Assembly: GCA_963737655.1 (NCBI GenBank)
Contig: CAVTTN010000002.1
Location: 448,001-512,000 of the forward strand
Direction: 5' to 3'
Length of the DNA: 64,000 nt
Source: an uncultured Planctomycetota bacterium
Lineage (GTDB): Bacteria; Planctomycetota; Planctomycetia; Isosphaerales; Isosphaeraceae
Position numbers and translations under genes: made by a program. A model generated the notes under the pieces. The model ran no database searches and was not told the origin of the DNA. It was given only the letters and a program-made list of their open reading frames with translations. This document shows, in pieces, positions 39,548 through 49,878 of the stretch. Every line of letters begins with the position of its first letter. Position 1 is the stretch's first letter.

Positions 39548-41682
39548 TTACTTGATGCCGGCCAGGTTCATCAGGGGGTCGATGGCGATGTCGATGAGCT
39601 TGATCCCGACGAACGGAGCGATCACCCCGCCGAGGCCGTACCACAGGAGGTTCCGCCTCAGCAGGGCGCCCGCGCCGACGGGCCGATACTTCACGCCCTT
39701 CAGGGCGATCGGGATCAGCAGGGGGATCACGATCGCGTTGAAGATCACGGCCGAGAGGATCGCCGAATAGGCGCCCCCCTGCGTGGCCAGGCCCATCACG
39801 TCCAGGGCGCTGAGGCCCGGCAGCGTGACGATGAACAGCGCCGGGATCACGGCGAAGTACTTCGCCAGGTCGTTGGCGATCGAGAACGTGGTCAGCGCGC
39901 CGCGGGTCATCAGCAATTGCTTGCCGATCTCGACGACCTCGATGAGCTTGGTCGGGTCGCTGTCGAGATCGACCATGTTGCCGGCCTCCTTGGCGGCCTG
40001 GGTGCCGGAGTTCATCGCCACGCCGATGTCGGCCTGGGCCAGGGCGGGGGCGTCGTTGGTGCCGTCGCCCATCATCGCCACGAGCTTGCCGCCCTCCTGC
40101 TCCTTGCGGATGTAGGCGAGCTTGGCCTCGGGGGTGGCCTGGGCGATGAAGTCATCCACGCCCGCCTCCTTGGCGATCGCCTCGGCGGTCAACGGGTTGT
40201 CGCCGGTGACCATCACCACCCGCAACCCCATCTGGCGGAGTCGGGCGAAGCGGTCGCGGATGCCCGGCTTGAGGATGTCCTCCAGGCAGATCACGCCGAC
40301 GATCCGGTCGTCCTCGGCCACGGCCAGGGGCGTGGCACCGCCCGAGGCGATGGCATCGACGGCCTGCTGATAGCCGTCGGGGATCGACCCACCTTGATCC
40401 TGAACATATTTCGCCACGGTGTTCGGAGCGCCCTTGCGGAGCCTCGGGCCGTCGGGCAGGTCCACGCCGCTCATCCGGGTCTGGGCGGTGAAGTCGATGA
40501 ATCGCGAGCCCGAAGGCGCCTCGGCCTCCAGGCTCGACTGGAGCCGGGCGAGGTCGAGGATGCTCTTGCCCTCGGGCGTGGAGTCGGCCATCGAGGCCAG
40601 CCCGGCCGTCCTCGCCAGGTCGCGGGGCGAGGCCCCGCCCAGCGGCACGAACCGGGTGGCCCGGCGATTGCCGATGGTGATCGTCCCGGTCTTGTCCAGC
40701 AGGAGCGTGTCGATGTCGCCGGCCACCTCGACCGCCTTGCCGCTCTTGGCGATCAGGTTCGCCGCCAGCGCCCGGTCCATCCCGGCGATCCCGATCGCCG
40801 CCAGGAGGGCCCCGATCGTCGTCGGGATCAGGCAGACGAGCAGGGCGATCAGGGTCGGGATGTCCAGGGTGAGGTCGAAGTACCGGGCCATGGGGTAGAG
40901 CGTGGCCGTCACGATCAGGAAGATCATCGAGAACGCCGCGAGCACGATCGTCAGGGCGATCTCGTTGGGCGTCTTCTGTCGCGACGCCCCCTCGACCAGC
41001 GCGATCATCTTGTCGAGGAAGCTCTGGCCCGGCTCGGCCGTCACCCGGACGACGATCCGGTCGGACAGGACGCGCGTCCCTCCCGTGACGCCGGAGTGGT
41101 CGCCGCCGGCCTCGCGGATCACCGGGCGCTCTCCCCGGTGATCGCGCTTTCATCCACCGAGGCGACCCCGTCCACGACCTCGCCGTCGGTCGGGATGACC
41201 TGCCCGGCCTCGATCGCCACGAGGTCTCCGGAGCGGAGCCTCGTCGAGGAGACGACCTCGCCGACCGGCGAATGGAGGTCGCGGAGGCGATAGGCGGGCG
41301 TGTCGGCACGAGTGGCGCGGAGGCTGTCGGCCTGGGCCTTGCCCCGGGCCTCGGCCAGCGCCTCGGCGAAGTTGGCGAACAGCACGGTGAGCAGGAGGAG
41401 CAACGTGAGCACGCCCTGATACACGATCAGGCCCGCCGCCGCCCCCCTCACGATCGACTCCACCGTGACGATCGCCGTCAGGACGGTGCCGACCTCGACG
41501 AGGAACATGACCGGGTTGCGGGCCATGACCCTCGGGTCGAGCATGCGGAACGACTGGGCGACGGCCATCTTCACGAGGGCCGGTTCGAACAGGCGGAGCT
41601 TGCGGGTCGCCCGCCTCTGGATCTTGGACGCCTGGGCGTCGGCGTCCCGATCGGGCGCGCCGACCTCGGTGGCGAGGCTCAT
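39548..41682 (-). CDS. kdpB: K+-transporting P-type ATPase subunit B, split by a 1-nt deletion at ~41125
   Basis: [22 protein letters not shown](APV), [39 protein letters not shown]. Confidence 0.97.
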
Positions 41683-41863
41683 CGGGTTCTATCCTTCGCG
41701 GAGTTCGTGGTTCGGGATCGGCAACTGTCCGGATCGTCGCGACCGAGCGAGTCCGAGGCCTGGGGATCTGGTCCTTTCGAGCTTCGTGGGGCAGGCATCG
41801 GCCTGCCGGGCCAGGCCCGGGGACGATGGGACCAGGCCCACCCTCCCCGGATCGAAGACCCCT

Positions 41864-43611
41864 CTAGGGCTTGGCGCCGGCGGTCAGGCCGTCGGCGATC
41901 GGCCCGAGCACGAGCGCCGGCATGAACGACAGGGCCCCGACCATCAGGACCGTCCCCAGGAGCATCCCGGCGAAGGTCAGGTCGTCGGTCTTGAGCGTCC
42001 CGGTCGTCTGCGGCACCCTCTTCTTCGCCGAGAGGAAGCCGGCGACGGCCAGGGGTAGGATCAGGGCCGGGAACCGGCCCAGGAGCAGGACGACCCCCGT
42101 GGCGATGTTCCAGGCCGGGTTGTTGTCCGCCAGGCCCTCGAAGCCCGACCCGTTGTTCGCCGAGGCCGAGGTGAACTCGTAGAGGATCTCGCTGAAGCCG
42201 TGGGACCCGGGGTTGTTCACGGCCTTCGCCCCCCAGGGCGTCGCGGCGAACAGGGCGGCCCCGCAGCAAATGAGCAGGGGGTGCAGGAGGATGGCGACCA
42301 TCGCCAGCTTCACCTCCTTCGCCTCCACCTTCTTGCCGAGGTACTCGGGCGTCCGCCCCACCATCAGGCCGGCGATGAACACGGCCACGATGACATACAT
42401 CAGCATGTTCTCGAAACCGGCGCCGATCCCGCTGAAGACGACGTTGAGCATCATCATCGTCATCGGCACGGCCCCGGCGATCGGGTTGAGGCTGTCGTGC
42501 ATGCTGTTGACCGAGCCGTTGGAGGTCGCGGTGGTCATCGCGGCCCACGTCGCCGAGGCGACGGGCCCGAAGCGGACCTCCTTGCCCTCCATGTTCGGCC
42601 CCCGGGCCACGGGCAGGCCGTCGGTCGCCGCGCTCGGCCTGGCCTCGGCCAGGATCGCCACCACCGCCCCGCCGACCAGCAGCGCCAGCATCACGCCGAA
42701 GAGCACCATCGCGTGCCTCATCCGCCGGAGCATCAGCCCGGCCATCACGATCGACGACATCGGCACCAGGACGATCGAGGCGATCGACAGCATGTTCGTC
42801 CAGGGCGAGGGGTTCTCGAACGGGTGGGCGGAGTTCGGCCCGAAGAACCCGCCGCCGTTGGTCCCGGTCTGCTTGATCGCCACCAGGGCCGCCACCGGGC
42901 CCCGGGCGATCGTTTGCGTCTCGAACTTCGTCGCCGCGCCGTCCACGGTCGTCGCCGTCGCGGCCTTCTCGAAGGTCATCGGCGTGCCCAGCCCGACCAT
43001 CGCCACGGCCAGGACGAGGCTATACGGGATCAGCCCGAAGACGATCCCGCGCATCAAATCGACGTAGAAATCCCCGAGGTGCTTGTCCCCTCGGAGCCCC
43101 CGCAGGGTCGCGAGCATCACGCAGAGGCCCGACGCCGGGGTGACGAACATCAGCCAGACGATGCAGGCCAGCTGGCTGAAGTACGAGAGGTTCTGCTCGC
43201 CCGAGTAGTGCTGCAAGTTCGTGTTGGTGACGAACGAGCAGACCGTGTTGAAGATCACCGCCGTGTCGGCGCCGTCGTGCTGGACGCCATCCACGTCCTT
43301 GTATCCCAGGGCGGCCAGCGACCCCTTGCCGTCGGGGTTGAGCAGCGGGATCTTGTCCTGGAAGTACAGCAAGGCGAAGGTGATCGCGAACAGGGCGAAG
43401 TTGAAGGCCAGGAGGGCGACGGCGTAGCGCCTCCAGCCCATCTCCTCCGGCTTGCGTCGGCCGACGAGCCGGGCCAGGAACCGCGGGATGGCGTCGAGCC
43501 CGCGCCCTCTCGGCCCTCGGGCACGTCGAGCGACTTCCAGAGGACCCAACCGAGCGGGAACGACGCCGCGATCGGCAGCGAGAAGGCCCAGAACGGATGG
43601 AGCCAGGACAT
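41864..43611 (-). CDS. kdpA: K+-transporting ATPase subunit A, split by a 1-nt deletion at ~43505
   Basis: SFVTNTNLQHYSGE, GTNGGGFFGPNSAHPFENP, MEGKEVRFG, SNGSVN, GRTPEYLGKK, NNGSGF; true start MSWLHPFW at 43611. Confidence 0.95.
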
Positions 43612-43801
43612 CGAGGATTCCACCGAAATCACTCCGAGGAGAGAGAAGGGAGGCGACGATCGGGAAATCGGGCCCCGCCCGGCCGGGGGCGGCCCGCGAA
43701 ACACCCTCGACCCGGGGGTCGAGGATGCCGCCCGGCCCCTTTCTCGGCCGGACATTTCACCGCGGGCCGCCCCCGCCCGGCCGGGGCCCGAGACGGGCGG
43801 T

Positions 43802-43930
43802 TCAGAACCGCTCGGGGCGGATCATGGCGACGGTCAGGTAGACCAGCGCCAGGACGGTCAGCGCGGCCGAGAGCCAGAGGACGAACGGGCTGCCCCCGTG
43901 GGCAGCGGCGGAGGCGATCAACGGATTCAT
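43802..43930 (-). CDS. kdpF: K+-transporting ATPase subunit F (42 aa)
   Basis: MNPLIASAAAHGGSPFVLWLSAALTVLALVYLTVAMIRPERF*; YL..A.IRPERF hallmark; below the ORF-track size cutoff. Confidence 0.9.
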   Translation of the reverse strand: MNPLIASAAAHGGSPFVLWLSAALTVLALVYLTVAMIRPERF

Positions 43931-43951
43931 CGTCGAGGACGCTCCGAGGGG

Positions 43952-44140
43952 TCAAAGTCGCTCGCACGCGGCGACCAGGGCGAAGAAGAGGGCGAACATC
44001 ACCGCCCCGAGGGCGAACGTCATCAGGGTCATCTTGAGGCTCCGTCGCAAGTGGGCCCGGCGCTCGGCTTCCGTGAATTCGAGGCGAGAGGCCGGCAGGG
44101 ACCACGCCATCCCGGGTTCCCATCTCCTCGTCCGGTTCAT
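43952..44140 (-). CDS. Small single-TM kdp-associated peptide ending FALFFALVAACERL
   Basis: Hydrophobic C-terminus; ATG overlaps the stop of the upstream regulator (alternative start 44110). Confidence 0.6.
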   Translation of the reverse strand: MNRTRRWEPGMAWSLPASRLEFTEAERRAHLRRSLKMTLMTFALGAVMFALFFALVAACERL

Positions 44141-44862
44141 GAGTTCACTCCCTGGTCCAGAGGAATATCGCTGTGCCCGAACGTGAATCGTTCGTAATAC
44201 CGCTTCATGTTGTTCCGTGCCGGGGCATGGCGGGGATCGGCCTTCAGGGCCGCCCGGTATTCCCGGTACGAGGCGTCGTGCTCGCCCCGGAGCTCGTGGA
44301 GGACCCCCTTGAGGTTGTGCGCCTCGGCCGACGCCGGATTCAGCGCCAGGGCCTCGCGGAGGAAGATGTCCGCGTCGTCGAACCGCCTCCGGGTCAGCGA
44401 CCACTTGGCCCGCGAAAGCTCCTCGGCGAACTTCGATTCCACCGTGACCGGACCGATCGGCATCGGAGGGACGGGCTTGGCCTTCGAGGGCCCCCGGCGG
44501 TCCAGGACGTCCTGGACCGCCGAGCGGAGCGCGATCGGCCCGATCGGCTTGGAGAGGAAGTCGATCGCCCCGAGCTTCATCGCCTTCACCGCGTCGGGCA
44601 CGGTGCCGTGGGCCGTCACGATGATCACCGGGACGTCGTCGCCGCGGTCGCGGAGCGCGGCCAGGACGTCCATCCCGTCCATCCCGGGCATCCTCAGGTC
44701 GAGCAGGACGAGGTCGAACGGGTCGCTCGCCAGCCACAACAGCGCCGAAGGCCCGTCCTCGGCCGCCATCACCTCGAACCCCGACGACTCCAGGGCCGTC
44801 TTGAACACGAGGCGGACGTTCGGCTCATCGTCGACGATCAGGAGTTTTTTGGGAGTGTTCAT
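44137..44862 (-). CDS. Response regulator: REC plus TPR, no DNA-binding domain
   Basis: LIVDDE, LLDLRMPGMDG, TAHG, KP; C-terminal TPRs (AEAHNLKGVLHE...YRAALKADP). Confidence 0.9.
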   Translation of the reverse strand: MNTPKKLLIVDDEPNVRLVFKTALESSGFEVMAAEDGPSALLWLASDPFDLVLLDLRMPGMDGMDVLAALRDRGDDVPVIIVTAHGTVPDAVKAMKLGAIDFLSKPIGPIALRSAVQDVLDRRGPSKAKPVPPMPIGPVTVESKFAEELSRAKWSLTRRRFDDADIFLREALALNPASAEAHNLKGVLHELRGEHDASYREYRAALKADPRHAPARNNMKRYYERFTFGHSDIPLDQGVNS

Positions 44863-44865
44863 TCG

Positions 44866-46704
44866 TCAATCCTCCGAGGCCATGTCCGCGACGGGCAGGG
44901 TGAAGGTGAACGCGGCCCCTCGTCCGGGTCCGCTCGCCACGTCGATCGTCCCGCCGTGGGCCAGGACGATCTCGCGGGCGATCGCCAGCCCGAGCCCGGC
45001 CCCTCGCGGCGCCTTCGAGCCCGGGACGCGATAAAACCGCTCGAAAACTCGCGAAAGGTACTCTTCGGCGATCCCCTCGCCGGTGTCGGCCACGGTCACC
45101 ATGACGAATCGGCCAAGGAGCTTCGCATCGATGCGGACCGACCCGCCCCGATCGGTGTGATCCAGCGCGTTGCCGATGAGGTTATCGAAGACATGGGCCA
45201 CTCGGTCGGGATCGACCAGGACCGCGGGCAAGCCCGGTGCGACATCCGCCGTCAGATCGATCCCGCGATCCCTCGCCCGGCTGATCTGCCGCTCGACGGC
45301 CGCCGAGACCGCCTCCGAAGGGGGGATCGGGCGGAGGTCCAGGCGGACGCGACCCTGCTCGATCCGGGTGAGGTCCAGCAGGTCATTGACCATCGCCAGG
45401 AGCCGATCCGAGTCCTGCCGGGCCGCCATCAACAGCTCGGTCTGCTTGGCCGAGAGCGGCCCGACGACCTCCTCCAGCAGCAGGTGAACGGCCATCTGAA
45501 TGCTCGTCAACGGCGTCTTGAGTTCGTGGCTGACGGTGGAGACCATGTCGCTCTTGAGCTGGTCGAGCATGCGGAACCGCGTGACGTCGGACATCACCAC
45601 GGCGGCTCCCAGGAGCCCGCCCTCGGCGTCGCGGATGCCCAGGACGCGGGGCAGGAGGAAGCGTTCCTGGCCGTCGTCGCGGAGGGCGATGGCATGGTCG
45701 AAGCTCGTGGGCAAGAAGTCCGGATCGCCGCGAAGGACGGCCGCCAGGGGCGCCTTGAGGGTCGGCGGGGCCGACCACGGCACGCTCGAACCCTCGACGG
45801 GCACCGCCCCCAGGAGCCTCCGGGCCGCCGGGTTCGCCCGCTCGACGGCCGCCAGCGGATCGACGACGACCACGGGGTCGGGGAACGAGTCGATCGTGGC
45901 CTGGGCCGTCTTCTGGGCCCGGACCAGACGGGCGGTCCCGCTCTGGCGGAACTCGCGGATCGTCCGGGCCATCGAGTTGAACGCCGAGGCGAGCTCGCCG
46001 AGCTCGTCGCGAGAGACGACCGGCACGACCTGCTCCATGTCCCCCCGCGCCATCATCCGGGCCCCGTGGGTCACCGCGACGATCGGCCCGAGGATCGACC
46101 GGCTCAGCAACGCCGCGACGGCCGTCGCCACCAGGGCCGAGCCGATCATCGCGACGATCATGCCCCGCATCGAGCCCGAGGCCGCCGCGCGGGCCTGTCG
46201 GTCCATGGCCTCCATGTTCCCCTGGTTCAGCAATCGGACGTCGTCCGCCCGGTCCTTGATCCGGTTGAACGTCGGCAGGATCTCCGCGAAATAGAGGGCC
46301 GTCCGCTCCTCGGCCGGCGCCTCGAAGAACCGCTCGGAGAGCCGGAAATAGCGGTCCCGGAGGGTCGTGAGGTCGGCGACGAGTTCGTCTTCGCGAGGAT
46401 GGATCGTGATATTCTGGCGCTCTCGCTCGAAATTCTCCTCGAAGCGGGGGCGGTTCTCGGCGAACTGCTCGCGACCCCGCGACCCCTGGCCGCCGATGGC
46501 GAACAGCAACGCCGAATCCATGCGCTCCAGGGCGTCTTTCATCTCCTGGGCGGCCAGGACGCTGCGATAATTCTCCTTCAAGATGACCTCGATGTTCCCG
46601 CCCAGACGCGAGAACATGAACACGGCCCAAAGCCCCAGGCCGACCAGGATGGCCAGCAACGGGGCAACGCCAATCAGGAACCGGACCCGCAACGTCTTGA
46701 TCAT
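44866..46704 (-). CDS. Sensor histidine kinase (TM-4HB-TM-HAMP-PAS-HisKA-HATPase; KinB-like architecture)
   Basis: ENYRS sensor start, DELGELASAFNSM HAMP, SHELKTPLTS H-box, NLIGNA, DTGEG, GAGLGL. Confidence 0.92.
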   Translation of the reverse strand: MIKTLRVRFLIGVAPLLAILVGLGLWAVFMFSRLGGNIEVILKENYRSVLAAQEMKDALERMDSALLFAIGGQGSRGREQFAENRPRFEENFERERQNITIHPREDELVADLTTLRDRYFRLSERFFEAPAEERTALYFAEILPTFNRIKDRADDVRLLNQGNMEAMDRQARAAASGSMRGMIVAMIGSALVATAVAALLSRSILGPIVAVTHGARMMARGDMEQVVPVVSRDELGELASAFNSMARTIREFRQSGTARLVRAQKTAQATIDSFPDPVVVVDPLAAVERANPAARRLLGAVPVEGSSVPWSAPPTLKAPLAAVLRGDPDFLPTSFDHAIALRDDGQERFLLPRVLGIRDAEGGLLGAAVVMSDVTRFRMLDQLKSDMVSTVSHELKTPLTSIQMAVHLLLEEVVGPLSAKQTELLMAARQDSDRLLAMVNDLLDLTRIEQGRVRLDLRPIPPSEAVSAAVERQISRARDRGIDLTADVAPGLPAVLVDPDRVAHVFDNLIGNALDHTDRGGSVRIDAKLLGRFVMVTVADTGEGIAEEYLSRVFERFYRVPGSKAPRGAGLGLAIAREIVLAHGGTIDVASGPGRGAAFTFTLPVADMASED

Positions 46705-46737
46705 CGGACCCTCATCGGGGACGTGGATCCCGGGGAA

Positions 46738-46754
46738 TGCATCGGCCGTGCCAA
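46738..46754 (-). promoter_or_regulatory. sigma54 (-24/-12) promoter TTGGCACGGCCGATGCA
   Basis: Matches TGGCACG-N4-TTGCW with one mismatch and exact GG-N10-GC spacing; 34 bp upstream of the kinase ATG, next to a sigma54 activator gene. Confidence 0.8.
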
Positions 46755-46841
46755 CAGGCCCTGATGATACGCAAGTGGCGTCTGCGAATCGACTTCGGAA
46801 GGCCCGCCAGACGCGAGCCGGTCCCGCTCGCCCCGTGCCGA

Positions 46842-46879
46842 CCCGTGCGGAACGCGGCGGCGCCCGTGCGATTTGCACG
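46842..46879. promoter_or_regulatory. Candidate enhancer (UAS) for the sigma54 activator
   Basis: Palindrome CGTGC-GATTT-GCACG at 46865-46879, plus direct repeat CCCGTGCG at 46842 and 46863 (21-bp spacing), ~90-125 bp upstream of the promoter. Confidence 0.5.
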
Positions 46880-46933
46880 ATCGGCGCAGGGGACCGCCGC
46901 CGTCGAGGTCCGAGGCCGGGCCGCCCGTCCGCC

Positions 46934-48274
46934 TCAGAGGCCGTAGCCTTTTCGCTTGCGGTAGAGCGTGCTCGGGTCGATCCCCAGCGTCTTCGCCGCC
47001 GCTTCCAGGCTCGGCGAGGCGGCGAGGACCCGGCGGATGTGCTCCATCTCGAGCCGATCGAGCGGGATCGGCCCGCCCACCTCCACGGCCGAACCCGCTC
47101 GGTCCGGCGGCCCCGAAGCGATCCGCTCGGGGAGGTCCGCCAGGCCGATCTCGTCGCCGAGGGCGAGGATCACCGCGCGCTCGACGGCGTTGCGGAGCTC
47201 GCGGAGGTTGCCCGGCCAGGGGTGCCGCCTCATCGCGGCCCTCGCCTCGGCCGAGAAGCCCGAGAGCTTCCGCCCGGTCTGCCCGGCGAAGAACCGGAGG
47301 TAGCCGTCGGCCAGGGCGTCGAGGTCGGTCCGACTCCTCAACGGCGGCAACGTCAGCTCGACGACATTCAAACGATAGAGCAAATCCTCACGAAACGCCC
47401 CCGAGGCCACCGCAAGTTCCAGGTCGCGATTCGTGGCCGCCACCAGGCGGACGTCGGCACTCCTGGTCCTCGTCTCGCCGACTCGCTCGTAGCGCCTTTC
47501 CTGGAGGAAGCGGAGCAGCTTGGGCTGAAGGGGCGCGGGCAGGTCGCCGATCTCGTCCAGGAACAGGGTCCCGCCCTCGGCCGCGGCCACCTTGCCGGGC
47601 GAGTCGCGAATCGCGCCGGTGAACGCGCCCTTGACGTGGCCGAAGAGGTCGCTCTCCAGCAAGTCGGGGCTGAGGCTCGGGCAACTGACCGTGACCATCG
47701 GCCCCGACGCCCTCCGGCCCCAGGCGTGGAGGGCGCGGGCCAGGACCCCCTTGCCCGTGCCGTTCTCGCCACGAATTAACACGGCGGCATCCGTCGGCGC
47801 AACGCGGCGAGCCGTCGCAAACACGGCGGCGACCCCCGGGTCTCGGCCCTCGAAATCGGCCTCGGGGACCTCGCTCCGGACGCGGTCCTCCAGGGCCGCG
47901 ACCCGCCCGGATAGCCCCCGGGCGCGCTCGACCCGCTCCAGGACGCCGCGCACCTGGGCCGGCGTGAACGGCTTGGCGAGGAAATCGAACGCCCCTCGAC
48001 GCATCGCCTCCACGGCCGCATCGATCGACGCGTGGGCGGTGATCACGATCACCATCGCTCGCGGGAGGATCTCGCGGAGCGGTCCCAGCAGGTCCAGGCC
48101 CGACTCGGCGCCGAGCCTCAGGTCGACGAACGCGACGTCGAACCCGCGCCGATCGGCCTCGCGCAACGCCTCGGCCGCGTTCGCCGCGCCGAAAGGCTCG
48201 TGGCCCGCCGCTTCGAGGGCCACGCCGAGCGTCTTGCGGATGTTCGGCTCGTCGTCGACGATCAGGATGCGCAT
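46934..48274 (-). CDS. sigma54-dependent response regulator (REC-AAA+-Fis HTH; NtrC/AlgB-like)
   Basis: [62 protein letters not shown]. Confidence 0.95.
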   Translation of the reverse strand: MRILIVDDEPNIRKTLGVALEAAGHEPFGAANAAEALREADRRGFDVAFVDLRLGAESGLDLLGPLREILPRAMVIVITAHASIDAAVEAMRRGAFDFLAKPFTPAQVRGVLERVERARGLSGRVAALEDRVRSEVPEADFEGRDPGVAAVFATARRVAPTDAAVLIRGENGTGKGVLARALHAWGRRASGPMVTVSCPSLSPDLLESDLFGHVKGAFTGAIRDSPGKVAAAEGGTLFLDEIGDLPAPLQPKLLRFLQERRYERVGETRTRSADVRLVAATNRDLELAVASGAFREDLLYRLNVVELTLPPLRSRTDLDALADGYLRFFAGQTGRKLSGFSAEARAAMRRHPWPGNLRELRNAVERAVILALGDEIGLADLPERIASGPPDRAGSAVEVGGPIPLDRLEMEHIRRVLAASPSLEAAAKTLGIDPSTLYRKRKGYGL

Positions 48275-48290
48275 CGAAATCTCGATCCGA

Positions 48291-48722
48291 TCAATCCCGA
48301 GGGGGGAAGACGTCCGGGGCGATCTGGTATCCCTCGGCGATCGCGTTGGTCGAGTTGAAGAGGCCGACGATCGCCAGGACCTCCCCCAGCGCCTCGACGT
48401 CCAGCCCGAGCTTGCGGACGGCCGCCGAGTGCGAACTCACACAGTAGGAGCAACCGTTCGTGGCCGAGACCGCCAGCGCGATGATCTCGCGAGTGAGCGG
48501 GTCGAGGCGGCCGGCCCGGCCTTCGCTCTCGGGATGCATCAGCGATTTCAGGCGGGTCCAGACCATCTCCAGGTGCGCCGGGTTCGTGGCCAGGACCCGC
48601 CAGAATCTCGGCACGAAGTCCAGATGCTTGGTCGCCTTGATGTCGGCGAACACGGCGGCGACGAGGCCCGTCGCTTCGGATTCCTCGACCGGACGGACCG
48701 TCGCCTCGGGTCGTTCGTCCAT
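48291..48722 (-). CDS. Carboxymuconolactone decarboxylase / AhpD-like protein
   Basis: [21 protein letters not shown] motif. Confidence 0.88.
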   Translation of the reverse strand: MDERPEATVRPVEESEATGLVAAVFADIKATKHLDFVPRFWRVLATNPAHLEMVWTRLKSLMHPESEGRAGRLDPLTREIIALAVSATNGCSYCVSSHSAAVRKLGLDVEALGEVLAIVGLFNSTNAIAEGYQIAPDVFPPRD

Positions 48723-48732
48723 CGTTCGTCCC

Positions 48733-49702
48733 TCAATTCGACTGGGGATGGGGCGACGCGATCGGCCCTTCGGGGCCGTGGACGGCGTTGGACCAGAGGA
48801 GCTGGATCGGCACCGTCCCCGAGCCGTCGGCCAGGGGGACTTCCACCATCACCTTCGACAGGCCGTCGAACCCGGCGAGGCTCATCGGCGTGTCGCCGAT
48901 CTCCTCGGAGGGCCGCTCGTTGGTGACCCACGCGACGGCGCCGGCCTCGACGTCGGCGTCGGTCCTCGCCTCGTTCAATTCGTGATAGAACGTCGCGACG
49001 ATATTCTTCCACGACTGATCGAACGCGACGATCCCGTTGTTGCCCTCGGAATAGGCGCCGATGGCGTAATAGACGGTGTCGCCGTTGGACATCGCGACCG
49101 ACCCGTGGAAGCCGCCGAGCCCTTCGAGCGAGCTCACGGCCCTCTCGAACTCGCCGGATTCATCGCCCGAGCCGTCGTCGATCGTCAGGACCGACCCCTT
49201 GGGGAGCATGAAGTCGAAGACCGTCGAGCCGAAGTCGAACCCCGAGAGCTTGCCGGCGTCGTGGAGCGAGGTGAGCAGAGCCTCGGCGTCGGTCTGCGAG
49301 AACGAGTCCGGCGGGGTGCCGTCCAGGACCGTCGAGGGCCGGAACGTGCTGGTGATCGCCGCGGCGCCTCGGAAATACTGGATCAGAACGTTATTCAAAT
49401 GAGCATCGGACATCGCGGCCGACAGGCCCTTGTCGATCGAGGCGATGTCCGAGGCGTCCCACGCCGCCTGGCCGCCGATGTAGAAATTGGTGAAGACGAG
49501 ATCGGGGATGATCTTGCCGCCGTGATCGTGCAGGTCCAGCTCCGGGTGGGCCTTGAACCCGGAGGCGATCGCCGTGGAGCGGACGGGCTTGCGCGACGCC
49601 GCCGGCGGCGAAATCGCGGCAGAGCCGCTCCGCCTCCGAGCCCGGGGCCACGTTCACCTTCATCGAGGCCCCGATCCACCGAGTCCGCTTCTTCATCGCC
49701 AT
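48733..49702 (-). CDS. Hypothetical protein resembling Phi-1/EXORDIUM-like family; split by an indel at ~49600
   Basis: [40 protein letters not shown]; coding frame stays open well upstream of 49413. Confidence 0.6.
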
Positions 49703-49819
49703 TCCCCCGAATCAAGACGGGCCGAGACCCTCCGGCCCCGATCGTCCATCCTCCCGGAAATGGTCGCGGATTGCGAGCGCACAGAGCGCGAAATCGGCCG
49801 AGGATGGGAGGGACGGCCG

Positions 49820-49846
49820 CCCTCTCCCTCGTCTCGGGGGAGAGGG
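49820..49846. repeat. Intergenic hairpin CCCTCTCCC/GGGAGAGGG (REP-like)
   Basis: 9-bp inverted repeat downstream of the TlpA gene. Confidence 0.4.
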
Positions 49847-49878
49847 TCCGGACTCCGCCCTCGCCCGGCGTCACACGC

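Noticed and set aside
37942..43611. kdpABC as a decayed pseudogene cluster
   Set aside because: Each gene has a single indel, no nonsense codons and intact motifs; essential glyS shows the same defect
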